From contig NC_087436.1 in the NCBI RefSeq assembly GCF_036321535.1, positions 110,176,001-110,240,000 of the forward strand: 64,000 nt of DNA, given 5' to 3'. A model generated the notes under the pieces. The model was given only the letters and a program-made list of their open reading frames with translations, was not told the DNA's origin and searched no databases. Origin of the DNA: Camelus dromedarius. Lineage: Eukaryota. Within the stretch, counting starts at the first letter, position 1. Each line of letters begins with the position of its first letter. Below, piece by piece: positions 51,151-64,000 of this stretch. Position numbers and translations under genes: made by a program.

Positions 51151-52352
51151 CGTACGAAATTATTACCCTTCCACTTCAAAATCCTTCTAGACCTCTACCT
51201 GCCCTTGGAGTCAAATCCTAACCTGTTGGTAGGACATATCCAGTGCTCACAAAACATCCAATGCTCTTACATCCACCTGCATATTCTAATATTCAGCCAC
51301 ATTGGTATCCATTTGCTGTTCTCAAAATGCCACTCTGTTTATTCCTCCATATGCCTCCCTGCAACATCTTTCTGTTCTTTCTTATGCACTCTCTTTCTTC
51401 CAAACTTAGTTCTGGTTTTACCCTTCCCAGACCTTTCTTGATAATGATGCCCTGAGTTGATTTTTGTCCCACTTTGGGTTGAGAATACCCTGCCCTCAGC
51501 CTGTGTTCTTTCTATTTCTCTCTAACATTATGATCTATACATTGTGGATTATATTTTTTCCAATCTTCATCTGTTTTCCTAGTTAGCTGAGGTACAGGAA
51601 AATTATATTTTCAGCATTTTACACTATTTCTTATAGTATTAAATATCTGATGCTGTTGGTTGAATAAATCAATTAAGACATAAATGAACAAATGTTAGAT
51701 AAGTGAAAAATACAAAAATAGTTAAACATCTACATATTCTTGAGCATAATATAATATTAGTTTTGCTTTAATAGTTTGGGTTCTGCTTTTGAAAGTTTAT
51801 AATATGTTTGTGAGACATTATAAACTTCTAAATTCTTCTTAATAGTTAAAATTATTAAGTACGTAAGTTCTCTTATTAAAACAAATCATGAGCTGAAGAA
51901 AATACTTAACATTCATTTTTATGTGTCATTTGTGCCCTGCTTCCCCTACCCTCCAAAAAAAGTAATTTAACCTAGCAAACAGGTCAATACAATAAGAGGA
52001 TACAGTATACTTTGAAGCAGATGAGGAAATCAGAGAAGATATCATTTAAGTATTAATAAACAAAATAAAGTTTCAGTCTAGTAAATAGTCACTAGTTTCA
52101 CAGCTCACCAAAAGGCAAAGAAATATGTGGAAAAGTGCATTTAAAAAGTCAGTTCAAAGATAGAATCATCAGTTTTAAGGTTGACAGTGTCTGTCAGATA
52201 AAAACACATTTAAAAAACACTGAGGTCAAGTAAAGCATTTCTGGATCAAGCAATATATTCTCTATGATCAAGGGAAAGGAGTGTTCAAGTAGGTTTATCT
52301 AGAATTCTTGTAAAAGAATATGATTCAGTGATGGCAGATCTAAGACTAAGTT

Positions 52353-52970
52353 TGTGTATCACTCCAGGTTCAATCAGGGAAACAAAATCTCTAGGATATA
52401 TATTTATATGACAGGATTTGTTCTAGAAATTTGACTATATACAGTTGTGGGAGCAGGTTAAGTAGTTTCTATAACCAAACTGAATTCATGCCTGATGCTA
52501 AAACTTGAAGTCTGTAGGGCATATAATTGGGAAGGGAAGATAATGTAAAGTTAGGGAGAACAAGAATGAACTGGGAGGACAAGCAGCGACTGGAGCCCAG
52601 GAGGACAGGCTGAAACTTTTATCAGTTCTTTCTGACTCTGACCTTCATGGTCTAGATGTCTTGCAGAAGCCGGAATTCTTCATCATAGAGCTAATTGCAT
52701 ATACCTGGTCCAGGATGCTGACCAGAAGAAGACCGATCCAGGGGGTGGTGGAGTATTTGCAGAACTGGCCACTGCCTTGCGTAAATGAGTGCACCAGCAA
52801 ATAAGACATTGTAGGTGAGCTACAAAAGGGGTACTGCTTCACTTGCACCTTTCAAGTTTCACATAAAATTCTCTCTTGTGGTTCACACTGATGGAAAACG
52901 TATAGGAACAGAAATTCCAAAAAATGAAGTTCAGTTTAGGCAAGTTGACACATTTCCAAAGCCAACATAA
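52353..52970 (-). mobile_element. ERVL-class solo LTR (LTR40/41/52-like)
   Basis: 'caggttcaatcagggaaacaaaatctctagg', 'acagttgtgggagcaggttaag', 'gaagttcagtttaggcaagttgacacat'. Confidence 0.65.
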
Positions 52971-53257
52971 TTTGTTTGGCACGATAGAGTTACAAATCCA
53001 GTGTGTACTGAGTAAATGGTTGCACATCTGGGCAGGGCTGATAGACGGACAGGTGGATGCATGAATAAATGCATAGGTCTCTGCATTCTTGCCAAAGGCT
53101 ATTTCTTTGCCAATCTTCTTTGTAAATGCCTTATCACTGATTCAAATCATATGTGTTCTATGAAAACAACGCATAATTATTATTAGAATTAACATATATT
53201 AAGATTAAATATTAACAGGAGGTTGATTCAAAGTTTGCAGTTAAAGGTCTAGCTTCA

Positions 53258-53400
53258 ATGTTAATAGCTAACCATTTCCAAGCATGTACTTGGTCACATT
53301 AATGATCTAATTTAATTTTCACAACAACTGATGAGGTAGGGATTAATGTCATCCCCGTTTAACATATGAAAACTAAAGCTTGGAGAGGTTAAATATGAAA
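53258..53400 (-). mobile_element. MIR fragment
   Basis: 'tttaattttcacaacaactgatgaggtagg', 'aaactaaagcttggagaggttaaat'. Confidence 0.8.
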
Positions 53401-54887
53401 ATATTTCTTCACATAGTCTTTGGTGATTCTACTTCTTTTAGGAACATCTGTCAGGGATGAGGATGTGTGTGTCAGAAAGCAGGTCTGGTGGTTATGTCCA
53501 CGAAGGAGCAATAGCAGAGGAGGCAGAAATTCTAATCCCAGATATTTATCTCTTTCTAGTTTTCATAACATATAATTTTATAAATATATGAAACATGGGA
53601 AAGTATTTTTATTCTTTCTACTAAAGGATAAGAATTCAGTTTTGTTTTAGGATTATTGAGGCAGAATTTACTTTTTCCTAATGTTGGCCTTTATAATCTG
53701 ATATCCAAAAAGTACTGCTCATCTCCTGAGTAATCTTACTAATAGATGTGATCAATTCCCTAAGGTAATGTCATCCTACACACCAACGCCAAAGCAGAGA
53801 GCTGGATGGATTATTCTGAATTTCAGAACCAAGAACATAAGTATAAAACCAGTTTGGTTAGATGTGAGATATCTGATCAAAAGCAACAAAGAGGTCATAG
53901 CCAGTTTAGTGCATCTTCAATTATTTAAGAGTGATGGACAAATAGGCTCCAAAGGAACTATTTAAATTTATACATTTTATTTAGTCAAATTCAAATTGTA
54001 TTCTCGAAATAAAGAAAAGCAAAAATATGCAAATAAAGAATTAGTTCCACCTATATAAACATATTTTGAATTTATTCTATGATAATTGCTCTTCCATAGT
54101 TACCAATTTGTTAGAACAGCTCAAACTGAAAACAAAACAAAGTTTGACATTATTTATCCATTAACTGAAGGCTAGTGGGATATGGATTGCCTGGACGCGT
54201 TGAACATTTTCTACTTAAAATTCATTTGGAAACATTTTCAGAAGACATCAAAATCACCAGAGTAAAACTCACTGAACAAGCTGTCTATCTAAACACTAAT
54301 TTCAATGACTCATATGGTTTCTCATCAATTTTAGGATAATCGTCACAGAGAGAAAGCGCTGTTGAGATCGTTTCAGATTTGAACACGTTTCCTCCTGTGG
54401 GTGGAAGGATTCAAGTCTGTGAGCACCTGTGATATTTCAGACACTGTGCTGGTACTGCACAGTATTCATCTCACTTAATTAAGCAAAAGCTCACTAAGTA
54501 CTTTATCTTTTGAGGTTTTACTCAATAAACTTTAAATATGTCACAAAGTTTCATTGTCGAAGGCATTCTTCCAGACACCTGATATAGTAAACATTCTGTC
54601 ATAAGTTATGGATTAATTGACCAATTAAATTCAATCCAACAGTTATTGACTATCTGCTCTGTGCCTGACACTGAAATGTAAAGATGAATTAAGTACCTCC
54701 TCTCATGGCCTTGAAGTCTAGTGAAAGAGTCAAGGGGTAAGAAAGTACAGTTAAGTACAGAAAGTGCTATTACTATCGATATAAAGAGGAAAGTAACTTG
54801 GAAACAGAGGGCAGAGAAGTAAATGGTAAATTCTTTATGCACTTTATTTTGAAAAAGGAGGAGAAGAGTTTCTAACAAGTGGCAAAA

Positions 54888-54914
54888 TGACAAAGAATAT
54901 GAAAAATATATCTA

Positions 54915-54967
<53 letters not shown>

Positions 54968-55045
54968 CTAATCCATTTTCCTGTACACCAGAAACTAATA
55001 TAACATTGTAAATCAACTATATCTCAATTAAAAAACAAAGAAAAC
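54888..55045 (+). mobile_element. Short L1 3' terminus with expanded (TA)n (54923-54966), inserted in L2 (about 54625-55250)
   Basis: 'ctgtacaccagaaactaatataacattgtaaatcaactatatctcaattaaaaa'. Confidence 0.88.
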
Positions 55046-55854
55046 ACAAACACTTGGTGAAACAGGAAGGATAGGGCAGAGCAGATGGTGAAGGATGGTG
55101 GTCATTTCAGTGGGGCTGGAATGAAAGTTGGGTAGAAATAGAGGAGGATGCAATTGAACTGGTAAGACAGTTGGAGATTGTGAAGGACTCTGAGTATTAA
55201 GCTAAAGAATTTAGGCTTCATAATGGAAGCAAGAGACTTTTGAAACTTTGATTTTGGTTAGCCTCGATTTTAACAAAGTAAACATCTGAGGGCAAGGTGT
55301 TGCACTGTGCAAAGCAATTTTCAAGTACTATTTTATTAAAGGTTTATACCAAACTCACTGTAGAGATAGTATATTTATTTCCACTTTTTTAAAAAAATTG
55401 AAGATGAGCCTTGTAGAAGTTAAGTATCTTGCCTAAGCTGTAAAAGACCAGCTCCAAAACCAGGTCTGAAAAGCTACTAACCTCTATAGTAACAATCTCT
55501 TTCCAAGTTTCTAAACTGGATTGTATTGTCAAATGGGTCTTCATAAACAGTAACAGAGACTCAGACATGCTGCAGGCACCATATATCTTAGTAGAGAGCT
55601 GTGGTTCAGAATTAGGTTTCAACAGGTCTAGGTCATGACTAACTAAATCTAGAGCCAACAGTATCAACTTTACTTTGAAAATGAAACTAAGTCAAGTGCT
55701 TAGTGATTAAAAAAACCTGATGGATAACTGGAACTAATAGCTAAATTTTACTTAAACCAAATGTATGCTTCTAGCCTCATAGCTTAGAATAAATTTATCA
55801 AAACATTTTGTAAATAAAATAATATTCTAATGATGTAGAGATGCAACATGCAAG

Positions 55855-56085
55855 GAAGAAAATAGTGGTTAAAAATGAAAAGACTGAAGACAAAAAACTA
55901 TGGATTTCAGCTCTCAAAAGTGGTTTGTCTTGAGTTAGTCATTTAAGATTTCTCATTATCCGTTCCATCATCTGCAAAATGAATGTAATATTATTCATCT
56001 TGTAAAATTCTCACGCACTTCATGTGAAGAGTTTGTGGACTCACGTATGCGAAATTGCTTTGTAAACGTCTAAGTTCCCTAGAAA
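55855..56085 (+). mobile_element. MIR SINE
   Basis: 'atagtggttaaaaat', 'catctgcaaaatgaatgtaata', 'tgctttgtaaac'. Confidence 0.65.
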
Positions 56086-56874
56086 CATCTGCTTTAATCA
56101 TCCTGATAGCCCTTTGATTAAAATCCACTTTTAACCATTGAAAAGGGGATCCTACACCACTTCAATCTGATGTTGAGATTAGACTACCTTATTTGAAAAA
56201 GATCAGAAATGGTCTTCAAAACGCTTACAAAGTACCACGCATGTCTATACATAGCATCAACATATGAAGATTGAGTACTTATTTGAGTCTGTGCCAAGAC
56301 TTTATCTGACAAAGCCATCCTTAGACTTCACAAGGCATCAACACTCCCCGTGAGGGCATAACAAAAGCTCTTTTGTAGTTCAGGAAAGCAGAATTAAAAA
56401 TGGAAACAGCCAGAGACCTTCTTTTATGTAGAAGAGGAAAAAAAAAAGTCTAGTAATACAGAAGTAAAGAAAATTCAAGGACAGTGACCATAATCTAATT
56501 AAGGTTTGTAATTACAAATTCAGTACATCTAATAAAGAAAAATTTGCATGTTCATTTCAGTAAAACCAACTTTTAAATGGAGCTGAAAAGCATTGGTGAA
56601 AACCACTGTAACTTATTAACTGAGTAAAGCATCCAAGAAGTGGAAATTCTTGTTATTGTATTCCCTGAAAACCAAATAGTTTATAAGGTAATAAAAACAG
56701 GTAGAGAAAATATATTCCAAAATAATTACTTACAGGAACAAACAAAATATTTTGAAAAGGTAGACACATTGATGTTGAAGTCTAGGAAACAAAAATATAC
56801 AAACTGAATTGACTGTAAAAATTTAAGAACAAGATAAAATACCTTATACAGTAGAAGGAACAGAGAAAATTGAA

Positions 56875-57060
56875 GTATTTGATCTCTAGCACAGACTTTG
56901 TAACTAACAGAGGTGAGCCTTGGGCAAGTCAGTACCCTTATCTGTGCCTCAGTTTTCTAACACATCAAATGAAGAGACTGATAGATAATATCTATGGTTC
57001 ACAAGATTTTATTGTTGTAAGTGAAATGAGAATTAGATCCTACTTGCTCATCAACATTTT
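56875..57060 (+). mobile_element. MIR SINE
   Basis: 'ccttgggcaagtcagtacccttatctgtgcctcagttttct'. Confidence 0.8.
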
Positions 57061-57160
57061 GAATAGATTATTGTTTACTAATGTACTATCAATGTATTAA
57101 GAAGGTTTATTTTGTGCTCAAAAATTACACCCATCTCTCACCCCAATGCCTAAAAGAATG

Positions 57161-57602
57161 TGTATTAATTTTCTAGGATTGCCATAATGAAACTTCATAG
57201 CCTATGTGGCTTAAACAGCACAGATCTATTTTCCACAGTTCTGGAGGCTAGAAGTCCAAGATCAGTCCAAGGAGTCCAAGTCCAGCACAGTCAGGTACTG
57301 GTGAAGGCTCTCTTCCTGGCTTGTGCATGGCTAATGTCACTCCCAGGGCTCACATGGGGCCTTTCCTAGGTGAGTACAGAGCTGGGGTGGGGGCAGTAAA
57401 GAGAGGGGAGGAGCAGGAGGGGGAGAGGAAGAAATCATTCTTCCTCTTCTTATAAAGCCACCAATGCAGGATTAAAACTCCACCCTTATTACCTCTTTTG
57501 ACCTTTATGCTCTCCTAAAAGCTCCTATCTCTAAACACTGTTACATTGAAGGTTAGGACTTCAACATATGTATTTTGGTGACACAAAATTTGGTCTATAG
57601 CA
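57161..57602 (-). mobile_element. MLT1A0-like MaLR solo LTR
   Basis: TGTATT...ATAGCA; 'cacagttctggaggctagaagtccaagatc', 'ggtgaaggctctcttcctggcttg', 'ggttaggacttcaacatatg'. Confidence 0.92.
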
Positions 57603-57877
57603 CCAATAGTATTGATTTTAAAGATGTCTTGATTGTGGGGGAATTTTCATGGCTGTATGAGAAAAAAAATGGAAGCCAAATGGTGGAGGAGTTTAGAAAA
57701 TCGAAGTGCATGCCTTTAACCATAAAGTACAAGTGTGTGTAATAAATCTCTGTTGTTGGTACCGAAACAAACAAAAAAACAAAAAAAATCACAAAAATTT
57801 CCCAATAAATTGCCTCCTTCCTGGTGTCCCAGTTATAATGACAGACGGATTTTTTTTTTTTTTTTTTTTTTTTTTAG

Positions 57878-57933
57878 GCAGCTTTGAGTAAAAATCTGGT
57901 GGAGCTGGAAGCTGGATCCATAATACCCTAAAG
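57878..57933 (+). other. Candidate 56-nt non-coding internal exon
   Basis: T26-AG|G acceptor and AAG|GTATGA donor; stops in all three frames. Confidence 0.25.
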
Positions 57934-58419
57934 GTATGAAGAACTGTCGGTGAAATTGATCCTCACCAAATGAAAGGAAAGGAGCTCGAAGCATCTGTGT
58001 TTTTACTCAAGAATGGCGTTAGTTTAAGGGTTGTGTGTAGTCTTGGTTTGTTAATTTATCAATCTACCTTTGGATGGAAACGAGCTTTAACCAGAAAATC
58101 TGAACAGGAGCAAACTAGATCTTTTCCCAAAGAGTATAAATTAACCAAGGGCAATCTGATTTATTTTGTTCATAAAGGAAACCAAGAAAATAGGTGCTAG
58201 ACAGTTTTATATTTTCTTAATTTCTGAAACTCTTTCATGGTAGGAGGCCAGTGATAAGGAAAATACTTAAGTAGAATTGTATTCTACTTTTTCTACTCTT
58301 CAGTTATTTAACCCATGATTTTCTAAACTAGACACATCTTCATTGTCAAATACTCTACAATAGTCAAACAGGTTGAATAATAGACAGTTGTATATTAGAA
58401 ATGCCCACATTCAGACAGC

Positions 58420-58620
58420 CTTGGAATGGTTAATGACAATAACTTTGGAACCAATCTTAAGCAACTCTTAGTTCTGGCACTTCTTTGCTGTTGACCTTGG
58501 TCAAGTAACATCAGGGTTCTTACCTTTGATTTCCTTAGCCATGAACTGGATACAGTAATAATACCTGATTAGGAAGGTTGTGATGAGGATCAGAATAGCT
58601 AATAACCTTTAAAGAAACGT
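58420..58620 (+). mobile_element. MIR SINE
   Basis: 'gctgttgaccttggtcaagtaac', 'ggaaggttgtgatgaggatcagaatag'. Confidence 0.75.
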
Positions 58621-60659
58621 CATGCAGTCGGCATACATTAGCTGCTCTACCACTACTATATTACTTCTATTGCTACTACCACTATTCCCATTATTATTTG
58701 CCATTATGGAAGAGACTTGCCACCACTCAGTCTTCTGGGTCCCAGTATAAATCAATAAGGATTTCTCTAATTCTGCCTTTATATCTGACAGTAGGTAAGA
58801 CACTGCATGGGGACGAGAGGAACTGTAAACTGTATTCATCACCACCAATGGGCTAAGAATTTAGCTGATGAAATTACCATAAATGTTTCCAAAAGCCCTT
58901 TGGAAAAGGACATAGAGGCTGAGATAGAACCTAAATATTTTGTTCACGGTCTCAGAGCAAAGAGCAGCTGAGATGACCACCAGAGTTCAGCCACCTGATT
59001 GGAGCTTCAAGTTCACGCCTTAAGCCACGTGTCAGTTCTGAGAGCCCCATAACACTGATGGGAAAGGGCGTAACTGTGCCAGATGGGGTGGAGTAATAAC
59101 AGCCCCGAGAGATAAACCAGACCAGTGACCTTTGGCCCCATCAGTGCTGCACTTCCACCAACTCAGCACACAGCTTCAGTCAACAAATCAGCAATGGGTC
59201 ATGTAGAGCACAGCCCAGGGGACAACTGGACATTACTTTGGGCTTCTTTTCTGTAGACAATATCTCTTCCTATTGTCAAGCATGAGTAGGGCTGAGGAAG
59301 ATCTTTCTGGAACAGAGAGATTCCAAACTTGTCCACAAGTGTCCCACATTTCGAAATTCACTCAAAAAGCTTGTCTTAATATACATTGGATGCAGATTCT
59401 GGGTCAGACCTAGACTGTGAGGTTAAATAAAGGTAAAAGCTTAAGTTTCCGTGCATACCAGAGATGCCACTGCAGTGTTTCATGATTTTCTGCAGAGTGG
59501 ATTAGCAAAGGAAGCAATTACTGTACTGTAATTTTTGTGTAATATTTGTACATTCCACACCCTGACTTCTACCTATAAACACTCAAAGGAAATCATAAGC
59601 ACAGTTAATGACATATTAGAAGCAAGACTTCTGTTTCCTAAGGACATTTCCCAAGGCAGTTGTTCAAAGGGAGCTTGGAATTTTCCATCAGAAATGGTTT
59701 TCCTTCTTAATAATGATCTCATGTGACATGCATTCCTGTTTTTGTTTTGGTTTGGTTTTTTTCTTTTGATAGATCTTACACTCGGCATTCTATGGGAAAT
59801 GCTATTTCCACAGATTCTGAACTTCAGTCTTAGAAATGCAGGGTAATCCTAGAAAGTTAGTGAGACATCTTCTGATGGAATGTATTTGATCTACAATAAA
59901 GCCTGGCCAAAAGACGTCCAAAGCCAGATATCAGGAGCAAGGCAAAGGCCTGCTCAGCATCAGAACAGACCAGACCCAGAGCAATCTGGCCCCTCCTATT
60001 TACTCCATGCAGGATAAATCACATAATCCAACCATAGTTGGGGCCACCGTTTCCCAACTAGATCTGTTTTCTCCTGGATGAAACTCATAGTTGAATGTGA
60101 TTTAAAAAAAATGTCAGTGTGACATATTTTAAACATCCAGGAGACTTTACAACTTCTCAAATGGAGTAAATCTTCAAGCTGAGTTCCAATTGCAATCTTA
60201 GGTTGAAATATTTGTCTCTGCTTCTTAAGCATTCCAGACTATCAGTTGACATCCTGGACACTGATATGTGGCCAGACTGGGAGTAGCTTTGGAAAATTGG
60301 GTCTTTTCTTTGAAAGAGTACATTTATTTCCTTCAAAAATGAATTTTATACTAACATCCTAATTATTGAAAAGCCAAAACCTCTCTTTTTAAAAATGTAT
60401 TCATTTAATACATCTCAGAGGAAGTGTAGAATTCCTTTTTCTCTCTTTCTGAAATAATCCAACTGTTTAACTGCTGGAAAAAAAAATGTTCTAAAAGTCG
60501 AGAGGAAGTCTAGTCATAACACTCTTTTTGAGTTACTCTAACAATAAGGCAAATGTATCACATGATGGGCAGGAGGAAAAAAATATTTTTAAACATGAAA
60601 TAGTTTTTGTTAAGTCACCGTTATTTTTTTCTGTTGATCTTGTAAAATCATCAGCTTAT

Positions 60660-60845
60660 ATGTGGAGCTAGATTGTATAGTTTCCTATCTTGAGTGAATT
60701 TCCTCTTCTAGTCTTCAGTTTTTTTGACAAAAAATGAGAATTAAAAATAATATTTTATGGGTTGTTATGAGAACTAAGTATGTTAATACACATAAAGCAC
60801 ATTATAAATACTCAATAAATGTGAAGTATCATTGATAGTAGCATT
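60660..60845 (+). mobile_element. MIR SINE
   Basis: 'atgggttgttatgagaactaagtatgttaatacacataaagcac', 'tactcaataaatgt'. Confidence 0.8.
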
Positions 60846-61364
60846 ATTAGACTTGTTCGAAAGTCTGATTTTAACACAAGGCATATTTTTCTTCTAAATT
60901 TGTATTTCTTTGTATTTAAATTATAATGTAATAAATTGGTCTGCTCACTCCACCAGGACCTGGCTGGCACTTGGTTTCTAAATAAACATACACTCTTATT
61001 TTTCTAAGTATGTTTTCACTATAGGTTTGTATTTTTTCTTTATGGGATAATACCCTTTCTTGTTATGTGACCTCCTGAAAGGCAACTGTCTGAGCGGTTA
61101 CTTGCCCATTTTCTAGGGATATGTTTGCATGGGTAAGGAAAACCAGGGACATAATATTTTCCGCTTAGAGATTGCTTTCATATGTTTTCTTTAAAAAAAA
61201 AAAAACTCTGCTTTAACAAGAACAACATCAAAAACTCTCTTTGAATATAAGAACTAATAAACTTGGGGCATAACCAGATTTGGCAGATTCAGGTCTGTGT
61301 GTTATCCATCTATGTATCATTTGCTAAAAGTTTAGTAAGAGATATAAGTTGAATTGAACTAGAA

Positions 61365-61825
61365 ACTCAATCAGGGTCCTGAGAGGGAACTGATGTAAAT
61401 CAAAAAGGGGCAATTAAGAAGAATTTAATGATATATCTACTTAGAACCCAGGGGCAAGATTCAGGAAACCAACAAGAGATGATACAGCAATGGCAAGATT
61501 GCTCTTAGCCTCTCTCAACCTGAAGAAGCAAAGGGAGGGACAAGCACAAGGAACCAGGCAAGTTTTGCCTGTAGGAGAGGCCTACAGGATGGAGGCTGTG
61601 GCCAATCAGCCATTGCCAACTCATCACCTTATCAGGAGGGAGTTGAGGTCATAAATATCCCATACTTTGTCTTCTTCCACTCGGCCTTGCCAGGGCTTCT
61701 CATTGGCAAATTGCAAACAGAAGCCAGAAGCCAAAGCACTTTAGATGATGCAGTCACAGTGGGCAGCATCCCAAAAGCTCACAATAAGGTGGAAAGAAAG
61801 GAAAGAAGATCTGGAGTTACAAACA
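61365..61825 (-). mobile_element. LTR41-like ERVL solo LTR
   Basis: 'tcagggtcctgagagggaactgatg', 'ggaaaccaacaagagatg', 'ctcattggcaaattgcaaacagaagccagaag'. Confidence 0.7.
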
Positions 61826-62939
61826 TCCTACAAAGTCAAGAAACACTCTGAAGAATGCATTGATGGGTTTCACTTCTGTCTGAAAGCTGGTGTTAAAAAC
61901 AGGCTTCCAGCTTTCAGAGAACTTCTTCAAATCAGGGTTTCCGACCATACAAGCAAAATAGACAAGTAACCACAGAGATTAGTTCTGCCTTTATATCTGA
62001 AGGATTTTCTAGGCTCATGTTAAAGAGAATTTTAATTAAACTAGTTTTGATATTCTATTGCTTTTGATTGAAGAGAAATATATTCCCACTGGTTTAGTTG
62101 TTTCTTTGCTAAAACAGGAATCTCCTAACTATATTGACTATAAACTCTGTCAATAAAGAAAAATTGAGCATGCACTCCTAATATATGTGTACTTATTAAT
62201 AAAGTCTATATATAAATTGACTATTCTAATATATGCATCATTAAGGATGAGGTAAAGGTAGAAGTGGAAAGTAATAGCAGAGAAAACAAAGCAAACATAG
62301 AGGCTTTTCTTCCCCTACCCCAGTGCACATCTTACTAACCAAGTTTGCTCAAGCTCTGGACACTCCTTCACTCTGGAGAGCCTCTTAAGTGACAACTATG
62401 ACTCCACACTCAATCTAATGGCCCTTCTAGGCACAGTATTATTTCACCCCCATATACATTTTAACAGTCAGGCTCTTAAGAGAGAACAGGGCCATCAAAA
62501 TTAGGATTTTCTGAAAGATCAGAAGTTGTTAAACAAATAATTTGCAATGCTAAGCTGTTGCTACATGTAGTCAGCACTCCCTTCATGGTAACTCTGAAGA
62601 ACAGTTCTCATCTCCATTTTAAAAAACAATCCACTGAGCATTTACACAGAATGTTTTAGGAACTGGTTTCTGATGATCTTTCTCAGAAAATCCAGGTTTC
62701 CTGAACCCTATTTGGACATTCACTCTCATAATACCAGGCTTCCTATCTAGCAACTTTTCTACAGAAGAAATTTATGGAATACACTAGTATTTCACCACGG
62801 AAGGGTCTCTCTGGGAAAGATATGTCATGGTCCCTAAGAGAAATGATTTGCTCAGAGGCTTAAACTGAATGTCTGATGTATGTTGGCCTCATGGCTTCTG
62901 CTTTTCCTGCGGGGACTGAGAGATTCCAGCATTTCTCAC

Positions 62940-63066
62940 AGGAATGTGAGTCACTCTGAGACAGGACTGCAATTATCATCACGTTTTCCCCAGCACCTGA
63001 CACAGTGGCTAGCAATATGGATTTCTAACAAAAGGGCCAAGTAAATAAATGTTTACTCAACTGAAA
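62940..63066 (+). mobile_element. L2 3' terminus
   Basis: 'ccccagcacctgacacagtggctagca' ... 'aataaatgtttactcaactgaa'. Confidence 0.6.
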
Positions 63067-64000
63067 CACAAACTGGTGTCTCTTCAAGGCAGTGGGAAAC
63101 TTGGAAACCAGAATTCAGGAATTATCTCAAAATTTTAAAAACATACAAAATTTTAAAATATACCATGATCTTTAAAGAGCATGAAAACTACCTCAAAATA
63201 TCCCCTGTAGTTATCTGCAACAAAGGGAAAGAATTCTTGGCCAGTAAGTCCACCTCGTTCACAGCTTTCACCAGTTAATAAGGTACAGTTCAATTCCATT
63301 TCGCCTCCAACTCTTCTCATTAAGCCTGGCTCAAATTCAAGCCCCTGAGCCCCTCCCAGTGTCCCTGAATGGTCCCGATGTTTCACTTCACTAAAGAAGA
63401 GATTAATTTGTAGAAAGGCTTCAGCACATTCCTGGGTTGCTCAAGTGCACTTCTTTTCATAGAATAGGCTTTTGATTTTGCGCTTTAAATCAAAGGCAGA
63501 GAGCAAAAATTCCAAGTATGTATGGGCTTCCGACCTTTAAAAAAACAGGATTGTTCGGATGGAATTTGACACAGAAACATTCTAGCCTACTACCCTTGTT
63601 CGTTTGATTCTTCCTCAAGATATCCCCTTTCTTCTTTCTACTAAATATCAGCATTTCAATCAAGTTGGTATTTGGCAAGGCATTAAAGATAAGTGAAGAG
63701 TTTGTTATTTGTAATTTATTCATATTGACATTTTAGGGTTTCATTTCATTGGAAAAGATGGTGGCTCTGGTTATGAAACCTGCTTGGCAGAACATATGTT
63801 AATGCTCTATTTCCTCTGTGTAGTGGGAGACAATGTGTTTACTTGGACACTGACTCAGGCACTATTATCAAAAACTATGGCATTTGGAAAAGTCATTTTT
63901 GAATTTTAGTAAAAATTTCTGAGTCATAGATTTATGAATTAGATAGAAACAGAAAACACTAAATATTTATAACAGTGCCTTTGAAAGATTGCTTTCAATC

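Noticed and set aside
57253..57285. Triplicated AGTCCAAG
   Set aside because: Simple slippage inside an MLT1A LTR
58771..62000. Exact 18-mer TTCTGCCTTTATATCTGA at 58771-58788 and 61983-62000 as the TSD of a 3.2-kb insertion
   Set aside because: The enclosed DNA has no poly(A) or terminal repeats and contains ancient MIR/LTR copies, and similarity does not extend; most likely chance, although an orthologue lacking the interval would revive it
1..64000. CRISPR array, operon or other prokaryote-like system
   Set aside because: No regularly spaced repeats or gene-dense ORFs; the sequence is clearly mammalian and repeat-rich

Overview
This is AT-rich placental-mammal genomic DNA, intronic or intergenic in character. 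I can support no host protein-coding exon, tRNA/rRNA gene or CpG island. Much of the window is interspersed repeat: ancient MIR and L2, hAT MITEs (MER5/MER20/MER58-like), MaLR/ERVL/ERV1 solo LTRs and old L1M fragments. Several younger 5'-truncated L1 3' ends still have readable target-site duplications (TSDs). The L1 3' UTR style, plus the absence of any Alu, B1/B2, Can-SINE, Bov-A/BovB, CHR or PRE-1 copy I could recognise, suggests a cetartiodactyl, most likely a camelid (inference). The only ORFs resembling real protein are L1 ORF2 C-terminal remnants. The most interesting items are retrotransposition oddities: (1) an ~840 bp L1 made of the extreme 5' end fused to the ORF2 tail/3' UTR; (2) a ~62 bp twin-primed (inverted) micro-L1 with TSD; (3) a 35-nt tailless U2 snRNA retrocopy with TSD; (4) a young L1 with a short 3' extension; (5) an MLT1 LTR nested in a MER58 terminus; (6) a local ~100 bp dispersed duplication. 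Two motif-rich candidate haematopoietic enhancers and a candidate non-coding exon are also present. I found no convincing novel multi-gene system. Repeat family names come from recalled consensus similarity, not a database search, and boundaries of old repeats are approximate.
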